NCBI GenBank assembly: GCA_045536845.1
Contig: JAZSOG010000011.1
Location: 34,172 to 98,171 of the forward strand
Reading direction: 5' to 3'
DNA: 64,000 nucleotides
From: Kiritimatiellia bacterium
GTDB taxonomy: Bacteria; Verrucomicrobiota; Kiritimatiellia; RFP12; UBA1067
The notes beneath the pieces are model-generated. The model made no database searches. It worked only from the letters and a program-made list of their open reading frames with translations, and was not told the origin of the DNA. This document shows, in pieces, positions 1 to 9,307 of the stretch (its first letter is position 1; each line of letters begins with the position of its first letter). The position numbers were made by a program, and so were the translations under genes.

Positions 1-2703
1 AGTAAAGACATACGCGCCGTCGACGTACTTGGCGGGGACTTTCCTCATGCGCGTGCCGTCGGAGGCGAGCGCGTAAAGCGAAAGCCCCGCATTCGCGTTC
101 TTGAGCGAGACCTTCGCGGAACCCGTCTTTGCGAGATACGGAAGATTGCCCCACGCCTTTGTGTCGGTCCGCTTGTCGTTCGTAAAGGACATGTCGGTGT
201 TCACGACGTCGGTGATGTGCAGGACCAAGACGCGGCGCGACTTCGCAAGCGGTGCGCCGTCCATCGAGGACGCGGACACCGAGCAGAACGTCGTCGCGCC
301 AGAAACGGCGAGCGGCCCAGCCGAGAGGTCGTGCCTGTCGATCGAGCATACCGCGGCCGTGCGCGGCGAATTGACCGAGAGGTCGCCAAGTTTCGTGCTG
401 ATGCGAATCTCCTTCGTGTCCGAGACAGTCTCGCCCGAGAACTTCGGAATGGCGCTCTTGGTAGCGGCAGTCCAGGTCTTCGCGCAGGCGAGCTTCGGGC
501 TTTCGCCGTTGTCGGCCGTGTAGGAGCCGATGCGAGAGGTGTAGCCGAGCTGCGTGAACGGATGCGGGAAAAGCCCGTTCGCCCACATGTCGCCAAGACC
601 GCGCCCGAACGCCTCGCCCTTCGTGACGCCGTAGCCGTATGTCTCCTTGGCGGGCGCAACGTCGCCGCGTCCGAACATCAGCACGACCTGGCGCTCCGTG
701 AGCTGGCCAATGGGGTCGCGGCAGATATCGAAGCCCCTCACCGCGTGGTCGCCGAACATTCCATCGCGCGAATGGCTCCACGCGAAGCGGTAGAGCGCGT
801 CCCAGTCCTGGAGCGAGGCGTAGGCGCCCATCATGATACCGCCGTCGCCGCGGAACTTGTTCGGCGGGCAGTAGTTGTACTCCGTTATCGTGAAGGGCTT
901 CCCGAGGATGCGCGTCGGCGCCTTCATCATCGGCTCGTTGTACGTCGGGTTGCCGCTCTTGATGTCGGACGCCTGGTTGACGTGGAACGGCAGTTTCTGG
1001 TAGCTGGGCTGAGGATGGTCTCCGTAGCCGTGGTTGTCAACAACCTCAAGCGTCTCTCGCTCGTAGGCTTGCGCCGTGTTGTCCCACCAGTTGCCTCCCG
1101 AGATGAGAGCATGAACGCCGGCGTCCTTAAGGCGCTTTGCCATGCGGACGTTTGCCTCGGCCTTGACCTTGTAGAGGAACTCCGCGAACTCCTTCTTCTT
1201 GCCGATGTCCTTGGCGGGGTACTCGGGATAGCCCTTCCCCTTCGCCCACTCGTTGTACTTCTTGACGTACATGTCGGCCGCACCCCACCATACCGTCGCT
1301 ATCGAGTCCTCGTTCATCAGCGTGACGAAGAGCACCGCGGGATCGTCCTTCCACTTGATGCCGGTGTAGGGGTTTACGTGGTCGAAGATCTCCATCGCGC
1401 GGCGGAACCACTGGTCCTCGGCCGGCTTGTGGATAGGCACTATGGCCTTGACCGTATTCGAGTTAAGCGGCTTGTCGAAGCCCTCGCAGCTGCCGAGGCC
1501 GCCCATCGCGTAGAGGTCGAACGTCGCGTAGATGCCCGCCTTCTTGCACTCCGCGAACAAGTAGTCGAGCTGGTCGAGACGCGCGGGTGAGATCTCGGGA
1601 TATGTCTTGCGGTTCCAGAGGTTGTTCCACTCGTCCTTCGTTATCGTCACGTCGATGTGGTGGAAGCGCACCGTGTTCCAGCCACGGCGGACGAAGTCCT
1701 GGACGACCCGTTTGCACTGCTCCTTCGAGAGGAAGTTCGCGTCGAAGCAGAGATTGCCGCCGACGAAGCGGACGGGCTTGTTGGGACGCTTGTCGAAAAC
1801 GAAATGGCCGTCCTTCGTCACCTTGGCGAAACCGTACTTGCCGGCCGGGGCGTCAGCGGAAACCATGTCGGAGAAGTCGAGGATCGAGCCCTCCTTGATG
1901 TCGTTCTGGAACGGGAAGACGCACCAGTCGGCGTTCGCCACCATCTTCGCGGGCGGCGGCGGGAGGTCGAGCTTCACCTTGCCGGCAGACTTCTTCAGCG
2001 AATCGGCAAACGCGCCGTAGAACTCGAACTCGATCGTCGAACTCGTCGCGGCCTTGGCATCCGGGAAGTCGACGCGCAGCTCGAAGCGCCCCTGCTTGTC
2101 CTTGCGGCCATCCCACAAAACGGGATTGCCCTTGGAGACGGAGAGACCGAGCGTCTTGGCGCCTTCTTTTGACACGATCTTTATCGCGCCCTTTTCGCCG
2201 ACGCCGATCCACTCGTCGCCGTACTCGGCGGGAATAGGCTTGCCCGACACGGTGCCGCCCGCAAAGTCGGAGAGCGGAAGCGGGAAGCGTATGTAGGCGC
2301 GCTCAAGCGCCATCGGCTTGCCGTCGAGCGAGGCGATCTTCCAACGCACGTGCGCCTTTGCCTCGCCCTGCTTCGAAACGTCATAGAACTCCTCGCATAT
2401 CGAAAGCCCGCGCGACCCGGCCCATATCTTCGCGGTGAAGAGAAGACCCCGGCCGAGCGCAGGATCGTCGATCGGCTCCTTCTTGTGCTCCTTCGCTGCG
2501 TAGTCCTGCGCGGTGTACGCCCAGTTGGGGCCGAACGCGACGAAGTTCACGAATCCCCATTCCACCTTCGAGCTGTCGCGGACGATCCCCTGCACCTGCG
2601 GAAGTCCGCGGCCTTCGACGGAGATGTTCGCGGGCGTGTCCGCAAACGCGATCTGCGCGGCCACAACCGCGGCGAACGAAAATGCTGCAATACGAATCTT
2701 CAT
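1..2703 (-). CDS. secreted glycoside-hydrolase-like protein (clan GH-A TIM-barrel type); C-terminal ~25 codons lie outside the window; paralog of 38608..41388
   Basis: Absent from the ORF track because it is open at the window edge. Hand translation from ATG 2703 (SD AAGGAGAAG upstream) gives MKIRIAAFSFAAVVAAQIAFADTPANISVEGRGLPQVQGIV, colinear with ADTYATIGVEGRGLPQVEGII of the 932-aa ORF. Bases 1-90 translate in the same frame to AGLSLYALASDGTRMRKVPAKYVDGAYVFT, matching VWAVASDGTRLRQVPAVYEGGVYRFT near the paralog C-terminus. Confidence 0.8.
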   Translation of the reverse strand, partial: MKIRIAAFSFAAVVAAQIAFADTPANISVEGRGLPQVQGIVRDSSKVEWGFVNFVAFGPNWAYTAQDYAAKEHKKEPIDDPALGRGLLFTAKIWAGSRGLSICEEFYDVSKQGEAKAHVRWKIASLDGKPMALERAYIRFPLPLSDFAGGTVSGKPIPAEYGDEWIGVGEKGAIKIVSKEGAKTLGLSVSKGNPVLWDGRKDKQGRFELRVDFPDAKAATSSTIEFEFYGAFADSLKKSAGKVKLDLPPPPAKMVANADWCVFPFQNDIKEGSILDFSDMVSADAPAGKYGFAKVTKDGHFVFDKRPNKPVRFVGGNLCFDANFLSKEQCKRVVQDFVRRGWNTVRFHHIDVTITKDEWNNLWNRKTYPEISPARLDQLDYLFAECKKAGIYATFDLYAMGGLGSCEGFDKPLNSNTVKAIVPIHKPAEDQWFRRAMEIFDHVNPYTGIKWKDDPAVLFVTLMNEDSIATVWWGAADMYVKKYNEWAKGKGYPEYPAKDIGKKKEFAEFLYKVKAEANVRMAKRLKDAGVHALISGGNWWDNTAQAYERETLEVVDNHGYGDHPQPSYQKLPFHVNQASDIKSGNPTYNEPMMKAPTRILGKPFTITEYNYCPPNKFRGDGGIMMGAYASLQDWDALYRFAWSHSRDGMFGDHAVRGFDICRDPIGQLTERQVVLMFGRGDVAPAKETYGYGVTKGEAFGRGLGDMWANGLFPHPFTQLGYTSRIGSYTADNGESPKLACAKTWTAATKSAIPKFSGETVSDTKEIRISTKLGDLSVNSPRTAAVCSIDRHDLSAGPLAVSGATTFCSVSASSMDGAPLAKSRRVLVLHITDVVNTDMSFTNDKRTDTKAWGNLPYLAKTGSAKVSLKNANAGLSLYALASDGTRMRKVPAKYVDGAYVFT

Positions 2704-2772
2704 GTGTCTTCTCCTTTTCAACTGACGCCTGTACTGCCTACTCAAACGACAGGGCTCACAGTTTTCGCCGCA

Positions 2773-2816
2773 ATTTTACCAAACGCCGCACATCAATGGA
2801 ATATACGATGGTATAG
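2773..2816 (-). promoter_or_regulatory. predicted promoter of the GH paralog: palindrome ATATAC-GATG-GTATAG (2801..2816), then 22 nt, then TG-extended -10 TGGTAAAAT (hexamer 2773..2778)
   Basis: Read directly. Same palindrome-N22-(-10) architecture as at 32564..32607, 36799..36842, 45455..45498 and 48016..48059. Confidence 0.55.
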
Positions 2817-2832
2817 GCCTGAAAAGACGCCC

Positions 2833-4203
2833 TCAGGCGGAGAGGTGGCTGCGGCGCCACGCCCCGCCGTGGAAACGAAGCGCGAGAATCGTGGCGAGCA
2901 CGGCGAAAAACGAGGGCATTGTCCACCAAAGCGCTATGAGCGCCTTGTGGCACATGGCGATGGCAATCACCGCAGGCATCCATAGGCAGATGTCGCAACC
3001 GAGCTTCGCGCACATGACGAACTTCACGTCGCCGACGCCGCGCAACGCCCCCTCGAACACCAACCCCACGCCCTCTCCAATCTCGCGCAAGAGCATTATG
3101 AAGAACAGCGTGCGCACGGAAGCGCACCATGCGTCCATTGAAAACGCCGCGTCCGTAGGATAGAAAAGCGACGCTATGGGACCTGCAAACGGAAGAAGCA
3201 TGGAATATACCGCAGTCAATATCACGATGCAAAGAAAGAGTCCCGTGCGAACAGTCCGCCTGACGGCAACCGCATCGTCCGCTCCGTGATTGCGCCCGCC
3301 TACGATGCTCATGCCGTCGGAAACGGCGCACATCGTGCAGTAGAAGACGTTGTTGACGGCAAACACCACGTTCGCAGACCCCGCGCCAAGCGCATCGTAT
3401 CGTCCAAGGACGAGCGTAAATACAGTAAACGCGACGCAGGCGGCAAACGACGTCACACCGTTGAAAGAGCCAGTGCGAAGAATCTTGCCCATCAGCGGAA
3501 GATCGGCCTTAAGTGCACCATCGCGCCAATGTGCGCGAACGAGCGCATCGCGGCAGACAGCCGCGCCTTGAAGCACCGTCACCGACGCGAGTGAAATGAC
3601 ACCCGCGATCGCGGCGCCCGCGTTGCCCATCGCAGGGATCGGACCACAGCCGCCGATAAACACGGGGTTCATGGCGATATTTACGAGAACGCCAACTATT
3701 CCGCAGGCCGAAACCCAGCCCGTGCGTCCTTGCCCGGCGAGGAGCCCGCCAAGGACGCCGTTCAGTATCATGAAAAAGCCGCCTGGAACATAGATTGCGA
3801 TGTACGCCTTCTCGCCAGCCGCGACATCGGGAGCGTGCGTAGCAAAATCGACAAGCGCGAACGCGGCAAACACGAGCGCCACCAGAACCGGAATCGAGAA
3901 GATGGAAAGCCACACTCCCTGTGCAAACGCACGCACCGCATCGCGCCCCTTTCCCGCGCCGTGCAGCTGCGCGACATAGACCGACGTGTAGCCGACAGTC
4001 GCGGAGATGAGGCAGACGAACATGACGGAGACCATTGTAGCCGAAAGCGACGCCTGAAGCGGTGCACAGCCACGCTGGGAAAGGAGAAAGCGGTCCCAAA
4101 TGCTGTTCGCCGCGTAGACAAGCTGCATAAGGGCAAGAGGCAGAACGACCTTAAGCGTCTCCTCGAATCCACCCTTCGCCTTGATTTCGCAGTTGTCAGG
4201 CAT
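2833..4203 (-). CDS. MATE family efflux transporter
   Basis: 456-aa polytopic hydrophobic ORF. The N-terminal region EETLKVVLPLALMQLVYAANSIWDRFLLSQ and the overall 12-helix-like pattern are typical of MATE (NorM/DinF-type) exporters. Confidence 0.8.
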   Translation of the reverse strand: MPDNCEIKAKGGFEETLKVVLPLALMQLVYAANSIWDRFLLSQRGCAPLQASLSATMVSVMFVCLISATVGYTSVYVAQLHGAGKGRDAVRAFAQGVWLSIFSIPVLVALVFAAFALVDFATHAPDVAAGEKAYIAIYVPGGFFMILNGVLGGLLAGQGRTGWVSACGIVGVLVNIAMNPVFIGGCGPIPAMGNAGAAIAGVISLASVTVLQGAAVCRDALVRAHWRDGALKADLPLMGKILRTGSFNGVTSFAACVAFTVFTLVLGRYDALGAGSANVVFAVNNVFYCTMCAVSDGMSIVGGRNHGADDAVAVRRTVRTGLFLCIVILTAVYSMLLPFAGPIASLFYPTDAAFSMDAWCASVRTLFFIMLLREIGEGVGLVFEGALRGVGDVKFVMCAKLGCDICLWMPAVIAIAMCHKALIALWWTMPSFFAVLATILALRFHGGAWRRSHLSA

Positions 4204-4219
4204 GGCGATATTATATCAT

Positions 4220-4699
4220 TTACTGAACGGCGGAAAGGACAAGGCAGTCGATGTCGGGCAGCATGGAGTCGCCGAAGACCTTGACTTCGTTGTCGCCCTT
4301 CTTGAAGTCCACCGTTGCGGAAAGCCCCTTGAGCGGAACGCTCTTGCCGTTTACGGAAAGGCGGACCCCTTCCGAGCCCTCTCCGACGACGCGCAGCGCA
4401 AGGTCGCACTTCCCGCCCTTCGCGCTCCAAACGCGCTTCCATACAAGCGGCCCGCCCTTTCCGCCGACCTGCGCCGCGACAACGCCGCCCGAAGCGTTCG
4501 GGACCTGCTTGTAGTAGGCCGTTCCCGCGGCAACGGGGTCCGTGAGTTCCTGGTAAGTTTCCATCCACGCAGTCTCGGCTTCGTATACGCGGCGCTCGAG
4601 ACGCTTCTCTGCGGCGAGACGGTAGATGCGCGTGGCGCCTGCGGCGAGGGTGAACGGAAGCGCAACGAGCGCGGCGAACAGTAGGCTAAAATTTTTCAT
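4220..4699 (-). CDS. small secreted protein with a carbohydrate-binding-module-like (CBM6/35-type) beta-sandwich
   Basis: 159 aa with signal peptide MKNFSLLFAALVALPFTLAAGA. The C-terminal segment RLSVNGKSVPLKGLSATVDFKKGDNEVKVFGDSMLPDIDCLVL resembles the end of CBM6/35-type modules. The functional call is tentative. Confidence 0.5.
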   Translation of the reverse strand: MKNFSLLFAALVALPFTLAAGATRIYRLAAEKRLERRVYEAETAWMETYQELTDPVAAGTAYYKQVPNASGGVVAAQVGGKGGPLVWKRVWSAKGGKCDLALRVVGEGSEGVRLSVNGKSVPLKGLSATVDFKKGDNEVKVFGDSMLPDIDCLVLSAVQ

Positions 4700-4772
4700 G
4701 CCAACATTGTATATTAAATTTCGCCACTGCGATTTCAGATTCGTCCACTAATTATTATGTATTTGAGAAAGA

Positions 4773-5978
4773 CTAGTACAAGAACCCGAAGAGCCACAAG
4801 GGGATTCTGCATCCCCGCCCTACTTCGATGCCGTCCAATGCGAGATAGCTGTCCGGCAAGTCCTTGATCTGCTCGAACGTTTTTCTTTCCCCTCCTATTT
4901 CGAAAAGATGTCGTCCGTCGACAATGCTGTCACCGCGCGAAGGGAAGGCTGTCGTATTGCGAACCGAAAGCTGGTTGTTGAAAAACACTTCGCGGAGCGT
5001 TCCCTTGTCTGGATCGGGCGTAAGCGCGCACATCAAGTTTGTGTTGTCGCAAAAGAGCTTGCTCGGCGAACAAAGGCGCTTCAAGGCATCGGCGTCTTCC
5101 GCCAACATTCCGACTAATCCTGCCCGGCGGAGTGCATGCAAGACCTTGAGCCCCTGCTTGCGATCCATTTCAAGGCCCTGGCACAACTTGGAATTGTTCG
5201 GCGTCTGAGGGGTTGATTCTGCAAGTATCGTCAGCATCCTCCTCGCTTTGCGAATGGTTTCCGGCGTGACGTCCTCGACCTTTGGCAAATCGACATCCAG
5301 AACCTGGTTCACCACCTGAAGAAGTTTTCGATGGAAATGCCGAAGGTCCTCGCGATAGAACGGATAGTAACCATGCTCAAGATACTGTTCGAACTTTGGC
5401 ACGACTTTTACAGTTGAGACAACCGCCTCTGCAATGGACACATGATTTTTCAGGATGTCGCCCAGTTTCTGAACTGGGAATCTACCACACCCCTCAAACT
5501 CCAGAAATTCCCTGAAGGACATTCCGGCAAGTGAATATTCCACCTGGCGGCGCGAAAGATCCGCTTTCCCTTGCGCGAGGCGCAGAATCGAAGATCCCGT
5601 ATAGGCAATCTTCAAGGTCTTGAAATTGTCATACAAGGTCTTGATCAGATTCTGCCAATCTGCGAGATAGTGTATTTCGTCGATGTAGATGCTTTCACCG
5701 CCGTGTCTTACATGATGCTGGGCTAGTTCGTATAACTCCTGAGCGTTCAGCCACACGTTGTCAACGGAAACATAGAGTGCTGAATCCGATTCATCTCGAT
5801 TCTCTCTCAAATGCTGAAGAAGCATCGTCGTCTTTCCAACTCCGCGAGGGCCGTCAAGGGCGACCACCCTTGAATCCCAATCAATCTCATCAAAAAGATA
5901 GCGATGAAACGATGTTTCGGTCTCGCGAATGCGATCAGCGGACATGTCATAAATCATTTGAACGCTCTCTTCAGTCAT
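4773..5978 (-). CDS. AAA ATPase, DUF4143-type (orphan ATP-binding protein)
   Basis: Walker A GPRGVGKTTMLLQ and Walker B-like IYIDEIHY. The C-terminal part is typical of the DUF4143 family. Start moved from the track start (6083) to ATG 5978 (MTEESVQMIY), which is preceded by GGAGAG. Visibly lower GC than its neighbours. Confidence 0.8.
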   Translation of the reverse strand: MTEESVQMIYDMSADRIRETETSFHRYLFDEIDWDSRVVALDGPRGVGKTTMLLQHLRENRDESDSALYVSVDNVWLNAQELYELAQHHVRHGGESIYIDEIHYLADWQNLIKTLYDNFKTLKIAYTGSSILRLAQGKADLSRRQVEYSLAGMSFREFLEFEGCGRFPVQKLGDILKNHVSIAEAVVSTVKVVPKFEQYLEHGYYPFYREDLRHFHRKLLQVVNQVLDVDLPKVEDVTPETIRKARRMLTILAESTPQTPNNSKLCQGLEMDRKQGLKVLHALRRAGLVGMLAEDADALKRLCSPSKLFCDNTNLMCALTPDPDKGTLREVFFNNQLSVRNTTAFPSRGDSIVDGRHLFEIGGERKTFEQIKDLPDSYLALDGIEVGRGCRIPLWLFGFLY

Positions 5979-6005
5979 GGCATTGCTCTCCAATGTGTAG
6001 TTTGC

Positions 6006-6054
6006 AAACCACGTAATTTCGCAATTATCGTGGTTTTTAAACAACGATATTGTA
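6006..6054 (-). promoter_or_regulatory. candidate promoter (TGATACAAT, hexamer 6049..6054) and operator-like palindrome AAACCACG-N15-CGTGGTTT (6006..6036) in the ATPase leader
   Basis: Sequence inspection of the coding strand: GATATGATACAATATCG...AAACCACGATAATTGCGAAATTACGTGGTTT...GGAGAGCAATGCCATG. Confidence 0.4.
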
Positions 6055-6093
6055 TCATATCGCGCACAAGGGTGCAAGAGCACGTCTCAGGAG

Positions 6094-6133
6094 AAAAACG
6101 CGGCGGCGCTGGACAAAGGCCAACGCCGCCGGG
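6094..6133 (-). terminator. Rho-independent terminator after the 568-aa secreted protein gene
   Basis: Minus strand reads CCCGGCGGCG-TTGGCCTTTGTCCAG-CGCCGCCGCG followed by TTTTTCTCC, that is, a GC stem plus a T-run 45 nt downstream of the stop at 6178. Confidence 0.6.
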
Positions 6134-6177
6134 AATATCACAATATCCGCAGGGAAACCCTCGGCGTCGAAACCGCC

Positions 6178-7884
6178 TTATCGGATTATGATAATCGTAC
6201 CACTGCTACTCTTTGTCAGCTGGAGTTCGTAGTAGGTTACGCCGTCCTCTTCCACCTCAACATTGTATTTTGCCTTGTAGCCGGAAGTTACGCTGTCAAA
6301 TGTGCCCGTCACGGCATCGACCGTGCGCATGACGGTCCAAGTCCCCTGCTTGACCTTCCCACATTCGATGACATCAATGTTGCCACCTTCGATTGTGACA
6401 AAGCAGCGGTATTGCGTCGTTCCGGAGGTGGTGACCATGGTCGAAGTCCCATCCGGGCGCACTGTCACCACAAGATGGGAACCGGGCTTGATCACCAACT
6501 TGTTATAGCAGCGAAGGTCCATCGCACAGTCATCAAACCTGAGCGATCCCACGCGATAGCCATCATAGGAGAGCCCGCCCGGCACCAGATATCCGTTCCG
6601 GCCAACTACACAGCTCTTGTTGTCGCAGCTGGCGAAATCGGCATCATCGCCCAGCCATAGTTTTCCATTGAACTTGTCCTTGCTGGTGACAACGGAGTTC
6701 CCGGCGATTCCACGAAGATTGGCCGTCAGGTTGTGGTCGCTGAAATAACCATTTCCAATCCAGTTGCCGTATCCTGTGTCGAGGATCAGGTTCGTAGCAT
6801 TTGCGATGCTGGAGGAGAGCCGCTGGCGCGCGCGATAGACGCCAAAGAACTTGGACATATCATCCCTGGAAATCGGCGTTCTGTTGTAGTCGGGCAACCT
6901 ATAGTCGAACACCGGCTTCAGCGGGTCTGTGTTCCAGGTCGTGTCGAGCGTCACATTGAAGTGCTCCTTGTCCGCGCCTACGCCGTTGATGTAGAAGAAC
7001 TGGTCGCACACCTTCACGGTTCCGTTCGATATCACACCGCAATACACCCAGTTTCCGTTGCGACGAGGCCGGATGACGCCCGACTTGACCGTCAGCGTGT
7101 GGCCGTTGAGGTCGAGCGTCGTCCCATTGTGAATTTTCAGCGCGTTGATCGTCACGTCATCGGTCAAAGTTACACTACTTGAGGCATTGGACAGATAGAC
7201 GCAATCGTTCTCCCCGGCAGACATGATATCGTCGATAACATAGTCGGCGTCACCGGCTTCGATGAGCCTGCCATCTGCCGACAGCTTCAAGATCTCGCAG
7301 GGCCCGCCATTATTCGACGTCGCGACAAATTGCGGAGCAACGCCGTTGTATGTTTTCACAGAACTTGTGTCCGTGATGGTGAAAGTATTGGGGCTCGTTT
7401 CAAGAACCGCGCAGGCACCCATTGATTCGAACTTCCCGAACGTCGATCCCGACTTGCAAACGAGCTTCGGACATCCCTCGCCAAGGATCAACTTGTCGGC
7501 ATTGACCGTCTTCCATGCCCCAGACGCCGATACATTCCCGCTAAGCGTGAGGCTCTTAAACGTGAAGTCGGCGTCAATGGTCACCGCAATGTCCTGCGAC
7601 TTGGTCATCGAACTTTGTATGACCACTTCGTCATCAAAGCCAGGCGCCACGGAAGCTGGCGAGCCGTCAACCAACCAATTAGTCGGCTCCGACACATTGC
7701 CAGACGCAATGTTTGTATTCCATACGTATGTTTCCGCCAACGAGGGCACGACGAAAAGAAGCGCGGCAATAGCGCAAAGCGAGGATTTCATGATAGTCTT
7801 CATGGCTGTATTCATGAGTGTTTTCATTTTGATACTCTCGGTGTAGTTTTTCCCTTCACCACGCATTGTATCAAATTCCAGCAT
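6178..7884 (-). CDS. secreted beta-helix repeat protein (autotransporter-associated beta-strand-repeat-like), C-terminal tail ...SSSGTIIIIR; paralog of 9308..11224
   Basis: Signal peptide MKSSLCAIAALLFVVPSLA (several possible Met starts between 7884 and about 7800). The ETYVWNTNIASGNVSEPTNWLVDG motif and LNGHTLTVKSG are shared with the 638-aa ORF and with the giant proteins. Lower GC than flanking DNA. Confidence 0.75.
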   Translation of the reverse strand: MLEFDTMRGEGKNYTESIKMKTLMNTAMKTIMKSSLCAIAALLFVVPSLAETYVWNTNIASGNVSEPTNWLVDGSPASVAPGFDDEVVIQSSMTKSQDIAVTIDADFTFKSLTLSGNVSASGAWKTVNADKLILGEGCPKLVCKSGSTFGKFESMGACAVLETSPNTFTITDTSSVKTYNGVAPQFVATSNNGGPCEILKLSADGRLIEAGDADYVIDDIMSAGENDCVYLSNASSSVTLTDDVTINALKIHNGTTLDLNGHTLTVKSGVIRPRRNGNWVYCGVISNGTVKVCDQFFYINGVGADKEHFNVTLDTTWNTDPLKPVFDYRLPDYNRTPISRDDMSKFFGVYRARQRLSSSIANATNLILDTGYGNWIGNGYFSDHNLTANLRGIAGNSVVTSKDKFNGKLWLGDDADFASCDNKSCVVGRNGYLVPGGLSYDGYRVGSLRFDDCAMDLRCYNKLVIKPGSHLVVTVRPDGTSTMVTTSGTTQYRCFVTIEGGNIDVIECGKVKQGTWTVMRTVDAVTGTFDSVTSGYKAKYNVEVEEDGVTYYELQLTKSSSGTIIIIR

Positions 7885-7960
7885 TTTCGCTTGCTATTTC
7901 ATCCACAAGTTATTGCCATTTTGCAGACAAATGGCGCAGCACTTGCGCCGCGTTTTATGC

Positions 7961-9280
7961 TCATTCCAGCGGCGCACCGGCAATCGGCGACGACGAAGCG
8001 ATGACAACAACGAATCCAATAATGGCCTCTTTGTCGGAATCGCTCTCGCTGCCCTTCGAGACAACATCAACGCGGAGTCGGCAAATCGTCTCGCGCTCGC
8101 GGTTGCGCGCTTCATAGACAAGGAAGCGCCCAGTCGCAGTCGTTGTCGGAACTGTCAGCACCTGATCTAGCCCGATGGGATTGAACGTCGGCATGTTGCC
8201 GCAATACCAGTAGAGGTTGGTGTCAGAGACATTCACGGGGACAAGCGTGTACTTGAGCTTGCGTGTCTCGCCAGGATACATCTTGATTTCGTAGCGGCTG
8301 TACTGGTTATTCCATGTAAGCCCCTTGTTCGAGAGCGTCGCGGAAGTCGCCTTGACATAACTTGCCTTCTCCGCGTCGATCTGGGCCTGCGTCTTGTAGT
8401 TCGCAGGGATCGGCCCTGCCTGGATGAGTCCGTGGCCCCAAACCTTCGATGGCCCGTCGGAAAGCTTTTCACAGTTCGCCTTGAGAATCTCGTAAAGCTC
8501 GTCGCGCGTGAGATTCGGCTTCTGCTGCAAATAGAGCGCGCAGATCGCCGTCGCCATCGGCGCGGCGAAGGACGAGCCGCCATTCGTGCCCGTCGCGCCC
8601 GTGGCGCTCGTGTAGAGCGGAACGTTGCTGCCGAACGCCGCAAATTCCTTCGCCCAGTTGTCGTTGAGCCCGGCAGACGTGCGGTCTCGCTTGATCCCTG
8701 CGATGTTGATCACGCCGTCAATGTCCTGCGGAAAAGAAAGCGTCTCGTTCGGCGCATTGCCGCCGGCCGCCACAAGAATAAGTCCCTGTGCGAGCATCGT
8801 GCGGATCTGCTCGGTAGCCCACGCGAGTTGCTGCTCCGTGTAGTCGAACGGTGTGTAGCCGCCGCTGAAGTTGACAACGCGGCAGCCGTTCGTGAAGCAC
8901 CACCAGATGCCGTTGATGTCGTCCTCGAAGTCCCTTCCGTTGTAGGCGTAGAGCGTGCAGTCGGGCGCGATGCCGAACTTGTCGGACTTGATGATCGAGG
9001 CGACGCCGAGTCCGTGTGACGCAGTCTGCGACGTATCGCCACCTAAGACGTCAATCGCCATGTTCGTGACCGAGCCATTTACAATTGGGCGAATCCCCGT
9101 GTCGACCATGCCGACCTTGACGCCCTTGACGGTGAAGCCCTGGACGAACGCGTTGGTCACACCCAGCTCGCTCATATACCACGCCGAGGCGTCGTAGGTT
9201 GGAGCACCCGCCGCAAGCGCTGCTGACATTGCGAAGACGAACGGCGCGATGGAAGCAAGCAGAAGACGAGCGTTTTTCAT
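7961..9280 (-). CDS. S8 family (subtilisin-like) serine peptidase with signal peptide and C-terminal hydrophobic segment
   Basis: Catalytic triad contexts are present: VKVGMVDTGI (Asp), ASHGLGVASII (His), NGGSSFAAPMATA (Ser). Oxyanion Asn lies in VAAGGNAPNE. N-terminal signal MKNARLLLASIAPFVFAMSAALA. C-terminus ...EAIIGFVVVIASSSPIAGAPLE. Confidence 0.85.
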   Translation of the reverse strand: MKNARLLLASIAPFVFAMSAALAAGAPTYDASAWYMSELGVTNAFVQGFTVKGVKVGMVDTGIRPIVNGSVTNMAIDVLGGDTSQTASHGLGVASIIKSDKFGIAPDCTLYAYNGRDFEDDINGIWWCFTNGCRVVNFSGGYTPFDYTEQQLAWATEQIRTMLAQGLILVAAGGNAPNETLSFPQDIDGVINIAGIKRDRTSAGLNDNWAKEFAAFGSNVPLYTSATGATGTNGGSSFAAPMATAICALYLQQKPNLTRDELYEILKANCEKLSDGPSKVWGHGLIQAGPIPANYKTQAQIDAEKASYVKATSATLSNKGLTWNNQYSRYEIKMYPGETRKLKYTLVPVNVSDTNLYWYCGNMPTFNPIGLDQVLTVPTTTATGRFLVYEARNRERETICRLRVDVVSKGSESDSDKEAIIGFVVVIASSSPIAGAPLE

Positions 9281-9307
9281 GGCATCTACACCTTGCAGTG
9301 CTTGACC

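Noticed and set aside
217-2985. Plus-strand ORFs 217..1590, 1657..2172 and 2350..2985
   Set aside because: They are antisense to the edge-truncated GH paralog, whose frame I verified by hand at both ends.
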